Program-made: the position numbers and the translations under genes | Notes under the pieces: model-generated | The model's database searches: none | Told to the model about the DNA's origin: nothing | Seen by the model: the letters and a program-made list of their open reading frames with translations, nothing else | Source: Trichodelitschia bisporula | Lineage: Eukaryota | Length of the DNA: 64,000 bases | Direction of reading: 5' to 3' | NCBI GenBank assembly: GCA_010356995.1 | Contig: ML996689.1 | Span: forward strand, 1,754,691 to 1,818,690 | Part shown: positions 12,557-25,577 of the stretch, one piece after another | How the letters are laid out: every line of letters starts with the position of its first letter | Numbering within the stretch: position 1 is the stretch's first letter

Positions 12557-14549
12557 TTAGTCACCCCTTGCAGAGGCACTCTCCTCAATCATCCTCTTAA
12601 AATCCCTTACCACCTCCGTCGGAATCCGATCCCACAACAAACTCCGCGTATACACCTCCGCCGCACTCTCCCCCTTCGCCTCATCCCGCATCGCCTTCAA
12701 CGTCTCCGCCAAATTCCGCCGATTACTGCTCGCGCTCGCTGGGCTGCCCCCTTCGTCGTCACTCGCGCTCCCGCTGTACGTCCGCCGCGTGTACTGCTCC
12801 GTGAGGCTGTTGTACTGGTTTGCGGATAGGCTGAAGATTTGCTCGGCTTCGGCCTCTTTGCTTACCGCCGTCAGTCGGCTGCTCAACATGTCTAGGCTGC
12901 TGCCGCTCGAGGCGGCGCCTCCCATGGCCATGTCGGCGCCTGGCTGAGTGCGCTTCGGCCAGTGAGTCCCGCTGGGTGCGGGCTCGAAGGCGTTCATTGC
13001 GTGCGCGGCGTGGAGCATGCCCGGCTGGGGACCGACGCCTGCGTCCTTGAACACCGTGTCCAGGACGACCGCGCTGGCAGCGCGGACTTCGTCGGACATG
13101 CGCGGGATGGCCGGGGCCGAGGACCCGGAGCTCTTCGAAGCCACGAACGCGCCGCAGAGGAGGAGCAGCATGAGCAGGCCCGAAGCGACCGGCTTATCAT
13201 CGTCACCGACAAAGACCTCTTTCTTCTTGGGCGCGACGACGAGGGTTGTCTCCTTGCCGTGGGCGTGGGTGTGGGGTGCGTCCTCCATTTCCGCCATGTC
13301 GTTGAACATCTCATCCCAGTCGGAATCCATGTTCAGGTTGTTGAGGCCGTAGTCGAAGCCGTTGTACGAGGTGGCCGGCTGCTGCGGCATGATGTTGGAG
13401 GCAGATTCGAGGCGGTCGGTCAGGACGGAGATTTTTCGTCGCAACTCGCCGGTTTCGAGCGTGTGGTCGCGGACGAGGTTTTCCTTCTCCCAGGTGAGCG
13501 ATTCGACGGTTTGTTGGTATTGGATCGTTTCGCGGAGGAGGTGCTCCTTTTCCTGGTTTAGGTTCTCGTTTTGCACTTGCATTTTGCCGAGTTCCTCTTG
13601 GAGCATGTTGAGACGGTCGTTCCATTCTTTCTTTTCCTCTTCGAGCTGCTCCGTGTGCTTCTTCTTCCGTTGCCGGGAGTCGAGACTGTCACGCCGTTAG
13701 CATTGCAACCTATCATATCAAAACAGCAAAGAAGGGGAATACTCACGCCGCCTGCCGGTTTCTCAGCAAACGCTTCTGCTGCTTCAACTCCTTGATCTCC
13801 TCATCATTATTCGACTGACTAATCAACTGATCAATATTGAGCAGACTCCGCTCCGGCGGGATCTCAAATCGGGCATTCTTCTTCCGGATACCGTCACGGC
13901 GTTGGAAGGGGCTGAATGGCCGTTGAGGCGAACCCGCGCGCATGCGCTTCGGCAGGCTCGTCCGCTCCATGCTCTGCTCCGCCAGGCTCATCCACTCCTT
14001 GCCCGCTGCAGCGGGGGACTGTGGCATCGGCGTGCTCACGCCCCCTGCGGCCGGGAACACGGAGCTTGGCCGGACAGCGGTGCTGACGGGGAGACCGCCG
14101 AACGGGGTCGCGGGGACGTGGGTGAAGGGCGTAGGGGTGGACTCGGCATCGGTGAAGAAGGGCTCGTAGCTCACTGGCGTCCGGGCGGGATCGGGAGCAT
14201 CGAACATGGGCCAGGAGGCCTGGTGGTGGTGGTGGGGCGCGAAGGGGGTGGAGTTGCTGCGCATGAAGGGGTTGTTGCTGTGTTGCTCGGGGAAGGCGGA
14301 GGTGGTAGTGGCGGTGCTGAACTGCCGGTCTGACATGCCTGTGCCGAAGTCGTCCCAGGGGTTGGTTTGCGGGGAGAAGATGGGGGCGTTGGAGTCTCGC
14401 CTCGCGGCGGCGGCGGAGTCGGAGCTCGGGCTGATCATGTCGTTGTCTAGGCTGTCGAGCGTGTCGATGTCTTCGAAGATGTTGACGGGTTTACGGTCGA
14501 TGGTTAGTTGGGTGGGCCGCGAGAAGTCGAAGGCTTGGGTAAAGGCCAT
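12557..14549 (-). CDS. bZIP transcription factor with a C-terminal transmembrane segment
   Basis: Basic region KRLLRNRQAA-LDSRQRKKKH is joined across intron 13686-13746 and followed by a leucine zipper. Hydrophobic segment ASGLLMLLLLCGAFVAS lies at ~13137-13187. Confidence 0.9.
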
Positions 14550-17500
14550 CGTTGTGGGTTGGGGGGGGCGTGCGTTTGTCGGTGTGGGTTTGGGGGGATT
14601 GGGGAGGGATATGGGAGGGGAAACAAGGCGGACAGGGTGGTGGGGCCTTGGTTGTTCTTGTAGCGGAGCACTGGCCAGGCGTGACACTGGCGGTGTGGAC
14701 AAGGAGGGCGGGAGGGGGAGGGGTGCTAAATCGGGAAAGGGAGAATTGGGACTAGGTCAAACGGCACGATGATGATGAGGATCGAGATGGTCGATGAAGA
14801 AGTATCGACGAAGAGTATCGAGGATGAGTATCAAAACTCAGAATTGTATGGGGGGGAGGGAGACTGATGTCTTTTCTACTGACAGCAGAAGTGAGGCAGA
14901 GTCAAAGTGAAGAGAAAAGAGGAATTCAGCTGGGGGGGAAGGGCTACCCCGTCATGTTTTATTCAAGAGCCTTAATCAACTGACATACTGCAGTCCACAG
15001 GACTGGGCACGAACGAAGAGAGACGACGGAAACGCGTGAGAGGGCTGAGAGCTCATTGCTCGAGTGCGTGAGCTCGACAAACCCTTCACCCAGCAGGAGC
15101 AGCAGAAGCAGCAGAGACGCAGCGAGGCAACCTCCAGTCAGCCATCCAGCTCTCAGTCAGACTCGCATCTCACGCTTCAGCAAGCGTGCAAACCCTCTCC
15201 GCCCACCAACCAGCCCATCCCTCACGCAAGAAGAAAGCCCGCCCGCAGCCCGCTCGCGCAATCAAGCAACTCGAAGCAAGCAAGCTTCACCAGCAGCATC
15301 TCCCACCCCAATAACCACTCACTCCGTCCCCAAGCCACCTCCCCACTCGCTCCTCCATCACCTCACCCCATCCCAAAACCCACAGTCCACCTCCCCCCAC
15401 CCCTCCCCGGGCGAACAACTCAAACACCACGCAACGCCCCGAAAGAGAGCGCGCGGGGGACTTTCATCTCTGTATGGCGGACCGCCTCGCGCACTTGGGT
15501 CGCAGTGCAGCGCCGCGCCCGCCCCGCCCGCAGCACCTGGCGGCTGCTGTCGAATCGCTGCGCCGAACACTGCAAAGCCTGCGAAGCCTGTGAAGCAAGC
15601 CGACCAGGATTGAAGCAAAAAGGAAAGGAACCCTTGTTTTCTTGCTTTCGGGTCTCATGGAGCGAGCAAAGCAGCAAGCGAAACATCTCTTCCTCCTCCA
15701 TATCCGCACCGAAAGGCTCGAGACCGGGCGATGCCCTCCCCCTCGCTGCCGCCGCCCAAATCGCAAGGCGCGAAGCCTCAACGAAGTAAACTCCAGCCGC
15801 ATCTCATCCCAACGGGCGAAACGGCTGTGCCAGAATCTCCATCCTCCATCCTCGAGTCTTGCCTTCACATCGCATCTCCCACGCCGTGACCATCACCCCC
15901 CCCCCCACCCAGCCGGGGGAGAGAAGGGTGGCTGACCCCGGCCCTCCCTACCCCGCCCTCGGAATCCCCATACCAAGCCCGGCAGCCCGCCATTCCGCTC
16001 CCGCAGGCCCGTCCCGCGCCCAGCCCACCCAGCCCAGATGAGCACCCTGGGTCCAGCTTAAAATGCTTCCCAGATGGGGGCGGGCAGGCGAGCAGCATCA
16101 GTTGCTCCCCACAGCTTAGGGTAAGAGTAAACAAACGCAGTACATGCCTCCTACCGTAGAGTTGGCTAAGCTCGAGTTCTTCCCAGGCGCGTCAGCCCAC
16201 GCAGCGTGACGAAACACCCCCACTTGCGCAGCAGGAAGCTCGCGAATCGGGCCCTTCCCCCAAAGAGCCGCGACGAATGGGGACCGCACGCTGAGCTGCC
16301 GTTGTAACTGGCGAGGGGACTTGAGTGACCCGCGCAAACCAAGCGGCGGGAGAAGTACCTATTCTCAGCTACCCACCCACCCACCGCGCGGTGACTGGAT
16401 CCGGGTTGATGATCACGGCGGGGGGGACGAGGTAGATGCGGTGCGTATGGTACCGCGTACCGGCTCTGCAGGACTGCGTGAACGGGTGGCGACGGGCGAA
16501 GGGGGTTCTACCTCGTTATTGATTAAGCTTTCTTCGCTCGCTTTGCTCCCAGCAACGAGACAAACGGTCACGTTTTCCTGATCCGCATTCCCTTCTGAGC
16601 TCGATCACTAACCGAGTCCTCACCTCACCCTGCGTTGAAGCTGGAAGCGCAAGAACAAGGTGCCAAAGCGAGTGGCGCAATCGGCTGGCTAGCAACGTCC
16701 CGCCAGAAACCGGCGGGGCGTGGCGGCCGCCAATCGCGGGTATCGATTGTGGCTGGATGACTGGGGGGCCCCAGGCGTTGGAGGACAGGGATGGGGGTTT
16801 TTTGGTGCTTCTGGGCCAGTTGCTTGAATGCTGCTGGGGGGGGATGGATGGGGAGGTACATGAGAGGCGAATGGAGAGGTACCGTACGTGACAGGCGAGC
16901 GGCTGGAGAGTGTGGCGATGCGAGTTGATGGTGGAGGCGGGTGAAGCGGGATGGTTTATATTGGATTGGATGGTTGGACGGTCTTTCGAGTTCTAGGTTT
17001 CGGCTTTGATGTTGATCAAGTTGGCGTTTTGCCTCGAGAGTTGAGATTCGAGATTCAAGATCCGAGACTTCCACAGGATAGCCGATCAGGCGGACGGCGG
17101 CGGATTTGCAATTCATTGACGGTTGGATTGGCTTTCCTATTCCTGGAGGTGAGAGAGACAGGAACGGACTTGGTGTTTCGCCCCGAGCCTCGAGACTCGA
17201 GACGTCCCCCAGACTGGCAGAGGAATAGCCGAGCACACCTCCATTTCCCAACCCAGTCCCTCTCGTGCGAGAAACCCACGACAAACACGGCGGCATCCGC
17301 CGTCCCAAAGCGAGGCGGGCGCCTTACCAGACGAGCTTCCAAATTCTCTCGCGGGAGAGGGTCAGTCAGACTCGACTGACTACCGCTTACCAGGTCCTAA
17401 CAAGTACCTGTACGTCAGCAACCCGCACGCTCGCTCCCGTCCCCCAGCGCCGGCCCGGTCTGCGGCGGCAGAGCGGCAGGGCAGCGCGGCGGCGCGGGGC

Positions 17501-19145
17501 GAGGTGCTGTTATGCCATGCGCTGTGATAGTTCTCGATGCGGTATGGGACAATGTGATAGCGCTCGATTCGGGAAGGGGGAGTGATGGCGTGGCGGAGGT
17601 GATGAGTTGGTGATGGAGCGGGGTGTGGAGCAAGGTGGTGACGATGATGCGTAGGATACTTTGGGATACTGCTTGATGGTGATGCTTTGAGATGCAGGTG
17701 GCCCTAGCGATACTGTCGCTCTGAGTCAAGAAGAGGTGACGATAGAGTACAGTATCCCCACCCGCCCATCGGTCGGGCATCAAGGGCCGTCCCGCACCCG
17801 TCCCGCAACGTAACGCACGCCGGTCCCAAAACGCATAGCGGGACTATCTCATCTCCCGCTGTCCCGCTGCGTACCGGCGATCAAACGTCCTCGGCACGTG
17901 CGGGGCCAGCGTTAGCAACCGGTATCGGGGAGCGTCACCTCGAGCCGAAGTAGAATTGCCGTACCGCTCTTGCACCCTCATACCCCGCTCACCTCCTTCC
18001 GAACCGCCAATTCCCCTCCGCTCCGCGTGGCATCACCATCTACGCCCGACCGACAGGCACGCATCGTCCCCTCTACGCCCGACAGACCGAGCGACATGCA
18101 CAACCACGCCTCTCATCTCGCAGCCCTCATCTCGTTCCTGCCATGCCCTGAATCTCGCAACCCAACGAGCCCCACAAACAACGAACGCCTCTGCTCCAGA
18201 GCCCTACAGTAAACGAGGCGGCCCCCCAAAATGTCATGCATCCCGAACGCAAACACAAAAAGTGACGTACAGCCCTATGTCTCTGCACAACACGCCCCGA
18301 GTACCCACCTTCATTGCTACGTAGCCTCGCGTGCTTCGTAATGCGGGGAAGCAGTCAGAGTGAGGACGACAACGCACCGTACCCCCTCCCCCTCCCCCTC
18401 CCCCGCGCGTGCCATGCCCGGCCCGACGCACCTGCATATACTGCCCAGCCCGCATGCGGAGCATGCAGACAATGCCAACACCCCGCCTACCCCTACCATG
18501 TGTCGCTCCCCTTGCTATATCACATCCCGTCACAGCGACGTGGACAGCGAGGGCGGGGGGAGGGGGGGGGGGGAATTCAGCCTTCCCCTCTACCCTACTC
18601 CCCGTTGCTATTGATTGAACGCGATAGATTGTGTTCCTGGCTAGGATCTCAAACGCCTTACGCCCTGCCTCTGCGAGGAACTCGCGAGGCGTGTATCCGG
18701 CGTAGCCGCGCGAGGCGGATGGAATTTAGGCTAGGAACTGGGACGGCGAACCGGAAGGGCAGTAGGACATTGACCGGTCGCTCGGGGCGTACCCCCCCTC
18801 CCGGCGTGTAACATCCAGGCTCAAAACGAAGCGGGCTAGTTCACGTGCCCGCCCCTTGCCCAGCGATTCACACAGCACAGTAACACAAGCCTCGCACGGT
18901 CTTTGAATAAGGAGTCTGCTAAGAGCTGGTATTGTGATGAGGATTGTGACGAGCGTATGGAACCCGGTGATTCGGAGGTGGCTGCGTTGTACTTCGTACG
19001 CTGCGCTATTGCCCTGCGGTGGAGGGCGACACGACGCGTGCCGCGAACCGCGCTTGCCTTCATCCTAACTCCCTGTGACCCCCGTCGCCGCTCGGCCCCC
19101 ACGGCCTCATGGCCCACGCCTGAGTCCTGTCCTCGCACCAGTCGG

Positions 19146-20928
19146 CTACGTACCTACCGCGCGCTCGAGCAGCGCGCCCAAGGGTGCGAGTCCGCCGTCT
19201 TCGGATGTGAAGATGCGAGGGGGGATAGTCCACTCCACGACCGGCGTCTTGATATCCTTCTTGCGCAGCTCCGCGTCCAGCAACTACACCCCTTAGCATT
19301 AGCCCCAAGCCCAACGGCCCACGAAAAGCGCCAAAAACTCACCCCGTGATACGAATGCTCGTAAAAGTCCTCTAGGCTATATCCCGCCTTCGTAAACTGC
19401 TGCCCCACAATCCCCGCCAGCGCCGCCACATTCGGGTGGTAATGTGCCCGTAGCGTCTCCAGCTCCCACGCCGAACTATCGATGGCGCCCGTGGCGAGCG
19501 GGTCCTCCTCGCTCATGTCAAAGGGATCGTGAAAGCCGCCCGCTTCCCACTCCGCCGCCTCGACCGGCGCACGGGCTACCCGGTGCAAGAGGAAGGCGCA
19601 CTGCGGGTGCGCTTTGATGCTGTTGTACACCCACGGCACGACGAAGACAATCGCGGCCGGCGGGGCGGTCAGCGCGAGCCGCGCGAGCCGCTTGATGAAG
19701 CTAGCGACCAGCGCGGCGGGGAGATGCGTCGAGCGCAGGCACGCGTCCAGGAGGCGGAAGAAGCGGCTGCGGTGCGGGGAGTGCAGGAGCGAGTCGTCGA
19801 GGAGGCTGTAGAGCTGCGGGTAGAAGCGCGGGTAGTCGAGGTTTTGCGTCTGGATTAGGTGGAAGAGGCCTGCTAGTGCGAGGTAGGGCGTTTCGCCGCG
19901 GCGGCTGTTGTAGCTGTCGGTTAGGAAGTCGAGGAGGCGCGAGGGGGTGCTGAACCAGGGGAGGATGGTGTGGGTCATTAGTTCTAGGGCGTGGTTTGTG
20001 TCGGTGTTGCTGAGGGGGCCTTGGAGGACGGCGACCCAGGCGTCTTCGGCGCGGTGCTTGTGGGCGGCGAGGGAGAGGAGGGGGTGTTTTGGCTTGGTGG
20101 GGAGTTCGGCGAAGAATTTGTCGGTGTCGATTTTGGAGGGGGGAGGTGGCAGGGCGCAGAGGAGGTCGAAGAAGGCTTTGTGAGCAATGGGGAGCTCTTC
20201 GTCACTCACTTCTTTGAGGATGGCTCTGCGACGGTTAGTGATATTCTCCCAGTACAATATGAGGAAACGTACGGTATCAACTCCAGCACGTAGAACCGAA
20301 CGTCCTCGTACTGGTCAAGGTAGACGCCGAACTCCGCCCGCGCATCACATTCCTCAGTGTACGCGAATCGCACCACCCGTGCGAGAGTCCGCTTCCACCA
20401 TGCCGTAAAGCAAGATGCTTCCATCTTGACGAGGCTCATGCATAGCTTGAGAGCCACCGTCTCGAGCTCGGGCGACGAGCGCATCCAGTCCTCCAGCACC
20501 TGCAGGTACTTTTTGTACCGGATCTCCATCCATTCAATGTGATCCAGCTCCTCCTGCGACATGCCCTTGCGCTTGATAGCACCACCGGCCATGAAGCGGG
20601 TAAAGACTCGACAAAGTACGGATGCGGTGGCTGCGCACACTCGGGAGGTCGAACTGTCCGCCATGAGGAGGCACATGAGCGCTTCGATGCGCTCATGGTG
20701 GTGGCCCTCCTTGGTGACTATCTCTCCAATGACATTGATAGCCTGGATTGCCGTCTCTTCGCCATCTGCATCGGATTCCTCGGGGTTTGACCGTTTGGTG
20801 GATTTCGCTGTAGAATCGGCGTCTGGCGCTCGCGACTTCGATTTTTGCTTTGATTTTTTGTGAGAGGCTGCTGTCTCCCCTACACGCTTCCGCTTCCCCA
20901 GCGAGGCTTCTGCAGCAAAAGAGGGCAT
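19146..20928 (-). CDS. NOC4: Nucleolar complex protein 4 (CBF/Mak21 family, 40S biogenesis)
   Basis: CBF-domain motifs LDYPRFYPQLYSLLD, STHLPAALVASFIKRLARLAL and AIDSSAWELETLRAHYHPNV. Introns 20226-20272 and ~19292-19342. Confidence 0.9.
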
Positions 20929-21217
20929 GGCGCTGTTGTTGTAGAAAACAGTATATCGACTATCGTCACCGTTCGCACCCGAAGTCGCGCCAAAGCAAAG
21001 CCAGAAAAGTTTCCAAGTGCCAAGGCCGGGTGCAGGGCTTTGACCCAAGAGCTACCGGAGAAGTTATGGCCGATTTTCCTGGGCCTCATTGCGGACAGGA
21101 CGACTACAACTTTATCGGTCACCCTAAGCCGAATCCGCCGAGCTTGAGCCATCCGCATCCGCGCGAAATCCACAACCCCCAACGACCACGACACTCACCT
21201 CAATACCCACCGCTGCC

Positions 21218-22147
21218 ATGGCTTCGCGTTTAGCAAGGAACGCCTTCGGTTCGTCTTGCCTTGCACTACGCAGTGCCGTTGCCATTGACCCGCTGCTGAT
21301 GACTTTTCGCAGGCGTTGCGCGGCTCCGCCCGTCCTCGACTCTCCGTCTCCCCGCCGTGACTTCGCAGCTCGTGGCCGCGCGCAACAACTCCAGTGTGCC
21401 CGAGGACCCCAAGAAGACGGCCAAGTCCATCCTCGACTCGCTGCCGGGCAACACCCCGCTGTCTAAGACGGCCATTCTGTCGGCCACGGCGGGTCTGTCT
21501 ATCGCGGCTATCAGTAACGAGCTCTATGTCGTCAACGAGGAGACCATCGTCGCCTTTTCGCTGCTGACCATCTTCTGGGCCGTTGGCAAGTACGGCGGGC
21601 CGATGTACCACGAGTGGGCCGTCCAGCAGCGGGAGAAGATGAGTGGCATCCTCAATGCTGCCCGCCAGAACCACACGTCTGCGGTTAAGGAGCGCATTGA
21701 GAATGTGCAGCAGCTCGGCGGTGTCATTGACATCACCAAGACCCTGTTCGAGGTGTCCAAGGTGCGTTATGTGGCATGCACGGCTGCTGCGAGCGGTGCC
21801 GAAGCTGGATAAAATTTTCGCTCACCGTCCGCAGGAAACCGCCCGCCTCGAGGCCCAGGCCTATGAGATTGAGCAGAAGACTGCCATCGCACATGAGGCC
21901 AAGTCCGTTCTGGACTCGTGGGTGCGCTACGAGGGGCAGGTTAAGCAGCGCCAGCAGCGCGAGCTTGCGGACACCATTATTGCCAAGATTGAGAAGGAGC
22001 TCGAGAACCCCAAGGTGCTCAAGCAGATTCTCGACCAGAGCGTTGCGGACATTGAGAGTGAGTGCCACATTTCTCTTTCAGCTGATACTATCAGTTCTAG
22101 AACTAATACCCGCAGGGATCGTGTCCAAGCCCGCTGCTTCTACGTAA
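21218..22147 (+). CDS. ATP4: Mitochondrial ATP synthase subunit b (subunit 4)
   Basis: Presequence MASRLARNAF. Motifs ILDSLPGNTPLSKTAILS, ISNELYVVNEET and VLDSWVRYEGQVKQRQQ. Introns 21249-21312, 21762-21835 and 22058-22116. Confidence 0.97.
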
Positions 22148-22744
22148 AGTCGGCAATGGAGATATTAGATGGGGGCCGGTAGATGATCACCGTGTTTAAA
22201 TAGTTTTGTACTTGTTGTGGTGACGTCTGATCAATCGAGTAGTATCCCAACTATGGCATGAATCTGATGCTGACCGACTTCGATGACCGACTCTCTGACC
22301 GACGATTTCGCTGTGTCCCGAACTCGTTCTGTGATCCTAACTTGGTTTATGATCCTCAGCTCTGCGTTCCGCCAATAAATTCCCTGGTTTGCGAGACACC
22401 AACCCTGAGGATCCCCATGCCCTTGTCACAAAGTGATTGCTTCTTGTTCCTGAATTCTGGGCAGAGATCACCAGCAACAACTTTTGCAGACTATCCTTAT
22501 CCAAGCCCCCACAGCCAGGCGTCATGCGCGAAGCCACAGCCGCACTTCAGCTGATCACCGCCGCCTTGAAGATGGCGATGCCTAAAAAGACGATGAGTCC
22601 GCCGCTGCGTGCGACGCCGTACGACTCCCGTCGCAACCTTCCATCACATTTAAAGCTCAAACACGCCTGTCTCAAGCTTCAACCGCGCATCAGATCGTCA
22701 AGATGCCATCGTCTATCCGCCACCTACGCTCGCTATCCACGACC

Positions 22745-24235
22745 ATGGCCTCGCTCAAGCGAACCGTAGCCTTCCTGCCTTCGCAGCTCGGCGACGAATC
22801 CGACGTACCCATCAGCTACACCGGCTCGCCACTTGCGCTTCTCTGGAGTGACTTGCGCCTCGTCGCGATGCATATGCCGAACGTGCTCGGCGTGATGTGC
22901 CCGACGCATCTCCTTCACGACCGCGATCCGTATGACGAGACTTACCCGTCGCCTGTGAATCTGGTCGCCATAGCTGCGCATGGGTTCCTGTTCTTCGCGC
23001 AGTGCGTCTTTCTCGCGTCGCTGGTTGTGTGTCTGTTCATCCCGGCGGGCTGGAGTATACTGTGGTTTTTGGGATATCTGGGGTTTAACCATGTTTTTTG
23101 TCGTTTGACGCTGAATGGAGGTGAGCCGGTATTGCATCCGACGGTCAAAATACCGGAGGATCCGAGGCATGAGGGCGAGTACTGGGTCTTTATCAATGGG
23201 GTGTCGGTCGGGTAAGTCGACTTGGCGTCTGGTTATATCGGCTAAGAGACAGGAAAACATGGTTGCAGAGCAACGTCAATCGCCTGTCAATTACATTTGG
23301 CAGGCGGGTAGTCGGCATCCTCAACCCAACAGACGGGATACTCTTCGACCTCATCCAGTGCCTGGTTCGTCCCCCCCCCCCCCCTTCCCCTATCACCTCC
23401 CCTAACCCACCAGGTCCAACGCAACTTCTGCTACTCAACCTCCGACGTCCGCTCCGCCTACACTACCATCAAAGCCGCCCTCACCTCCGAAACCAACAAA
23501 AAAGTAGTCCTCATCCTCCACTCCCAAGGCGCCATAGAAGGCGGCCTCATAATCGACTGGCTCTTCGCCGAGCTCCCCCGACCCCACCTCGAAAAGCTAG
23601 AAGTCTACACCTTCGGCGCCGCAGCGAACCACTTCAACAACCCGCACATCACGACCAGCGCCGCCGCGCACCCCTCCCGCCACCCGCACGCCAAGGTCGT
23701 GAAGCACATCGAGCACTACGTCAACACCGGCGATTTTGTAGCGCAAATCGGCGCGCTGAATTACTGCCGCGTGGCGGGGCGTTTTATGGGGCGCTTGTTC
23801 CAGCGCAGTGCGTCTGGGCATCTGCTGAATGAGCATTACTTGCGGACTATGTTCCCGCTGAACGAGGCGCGCACGGCCGTCGCGCCGCAGAACGACTTCA
23901 TGAACGCCGAGGTCGTGGTTTCGCGGAATGAAGAGGGGGGGCATGAGCGTGAGGCTGCAAGGCCGCATGGGGCGCTTACGCTTGCGCCTGGTGCGAGGGG
24001 AGGCAGGAGGGAGGATCTGGCGAGTAGTATGGCGTGGACGGGGGAGGAGGAGGAGAAGGTTGAGGTTGGGTATGTGGAGGATATTAATACGCCTGTGACG
24101 CCGATAAGGCGGGCGGGGACGTTTGGGGCTGAGGGGATACTGAGAGTGAGGGATTTTAGCAGGTTGTGGTTGTATCGGGATGGGGGGTGTCCGCCGGATG
24201 TGCCGGAGGTGAGGATGAGGGCGGTGGAGGAGTGA
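22745..24235 (+). CDS. Conserved fungal membrane-associated alpha/beta-hydrolase-fold protein
   Basis: N-terminal hydrophobic segments, then VFINGV, nucleophile elbow VLILHSQG, LEVYTFGAAA and IEHYVNTGDFVA. Introns ~23212-23252 and 23365-23413. Confidence 0.75.
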
Positions 24236-25577
24236 GGGGTTTTGAGATTGGTGATGAGGGGAGGAGGGGGGATTTGGAGTGTGATATTGGCAGGTTTGAG
24301 TCTGATATCTGGTGTTGAGGAGTTACGGGCTGCTTTTTGTTGGAAATGTGTTACTGGACACTGGGATGAGAGATGCCGGGTACATAATGGGCAACCGCAA
24401 CGCGGAATATTCGTCTTCTGTTCCTCGACATGCGCCGGACTGAGTATCATGCTTTCCTTCACTTGTTGGCTGCTCCTACATTGGAATCTCCCGCACTCCT
24501 TTCCTACACAGACTTGCTAGCGTGCCCTCGTATACCCACCATGCCTACAGTCGGCTACCACAACAGCACCGGAGATAAGAAGGAGCGAATTCTAGTGTGG
24601 GTAGAGAACATTGAAGTGGACAGTGTGTGCCATCCGTGAACAACTTCCAACTCCATCCCTTCCTTCATCGTCCGTCAGGGGAAACCCGCCCGCTTCAAGG
24701 AACCATCCCGCCGCCTCCATTCGCCCCTCACCGTGAACCGTATCCTCCCCAAGCCCCTTCGCCATCAGGTCCGCGAGCATCCCACAACCCGTGTCAAACC
24801 GGCAGCAATTCGATCTTCTCTTTTCCCTCACCGGCACATACGCAGATAGCAAAGGAGCCACCCTCCGCTTATGCCCCAGGCTCAACCGAAAATCCAAGCC
24901 AGTCCCATCCATTCAGCCCAACCGCATCCCTCCGCGCACACCAGACTCTCCGCGGTCTCTCACCCGATGCTCACCAGACATAACCAGATGACATCCATGT
25001 CCATCCCCTCAAGAACCCAAAAGCAACATCAAGCTATCTCGCTTTCCAGCGGCGTCAGCACACCCCCAAGTGCGCGCCTCCGCGTAAGAGGACGTACTAC
25101 AAGAAACCCGGGCTCGGGGAGTGCTATGTCTGCGGAAGTACCCTGTGGGTTGAAGCGAGACCTGACGTCGGCCTGATGTGGAAGCAAAAGAGCGCCCTTA
25201 GTCGAGTATGGCAATTCTGTGGTCTCCTGCGTCGGTGTTGGGGTCTGGGATGGGGAGAGGTGTTGGGAAGGACGGCAGTGGGTGGAAGGAAGACTATGAG
25301 ATCCGTATAAGCACGATAAGCTTCACGATGCCGCCGTCGTTCTCAATAGTGGGAGGCAAGGAGGCTAGCAAGGCGCGAAGTGGGGCGGTGATAGCTTAAT
25401 CAAACATCATGTGACGAGGCTGAATCCGACGACACAACGTCACGGCATCACCACATCACCAATTGCCCAGATCCGCGCATCAAACACTTTCACATTAAGC
25501 CCTCCTATATCCATGCTATGCTGCCGCCCAATACCCTCCTATTTTCCCCTCCATCCCAAATCCCCCCCCACTCCTCC

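Noticed and set aside
12557..14549. Calling the bZIP gene HAC1
   Set aside because: The basic region lacks the Hac1-type RRIERVLRNR pattern, I saw no Ire1-type unconventional intron, and the protein has a TM segment.
15056..15935. Overlapping 185-241-aa ORFs upstream of the bZIP gene
   Set aside because: They are low-complexity S/P/R/Q translations of C-rich DNA with non-ATG starts and no motifs.
22180..22305. Possible C/D-box snoRNA after ATP4 (GATGA...CTGA words)
   Set aside because: There is no proper RUGAUGA box C, convincing terminal stem or recognisable rRNA guide. It is probably 3' UTR.
24430..25200. Short ORFs between the hydrolase-like gene and the MFS pump
   Set aside because: They are short, Pro/Ser-rich and motif-free, so a gene call cannot be supported.
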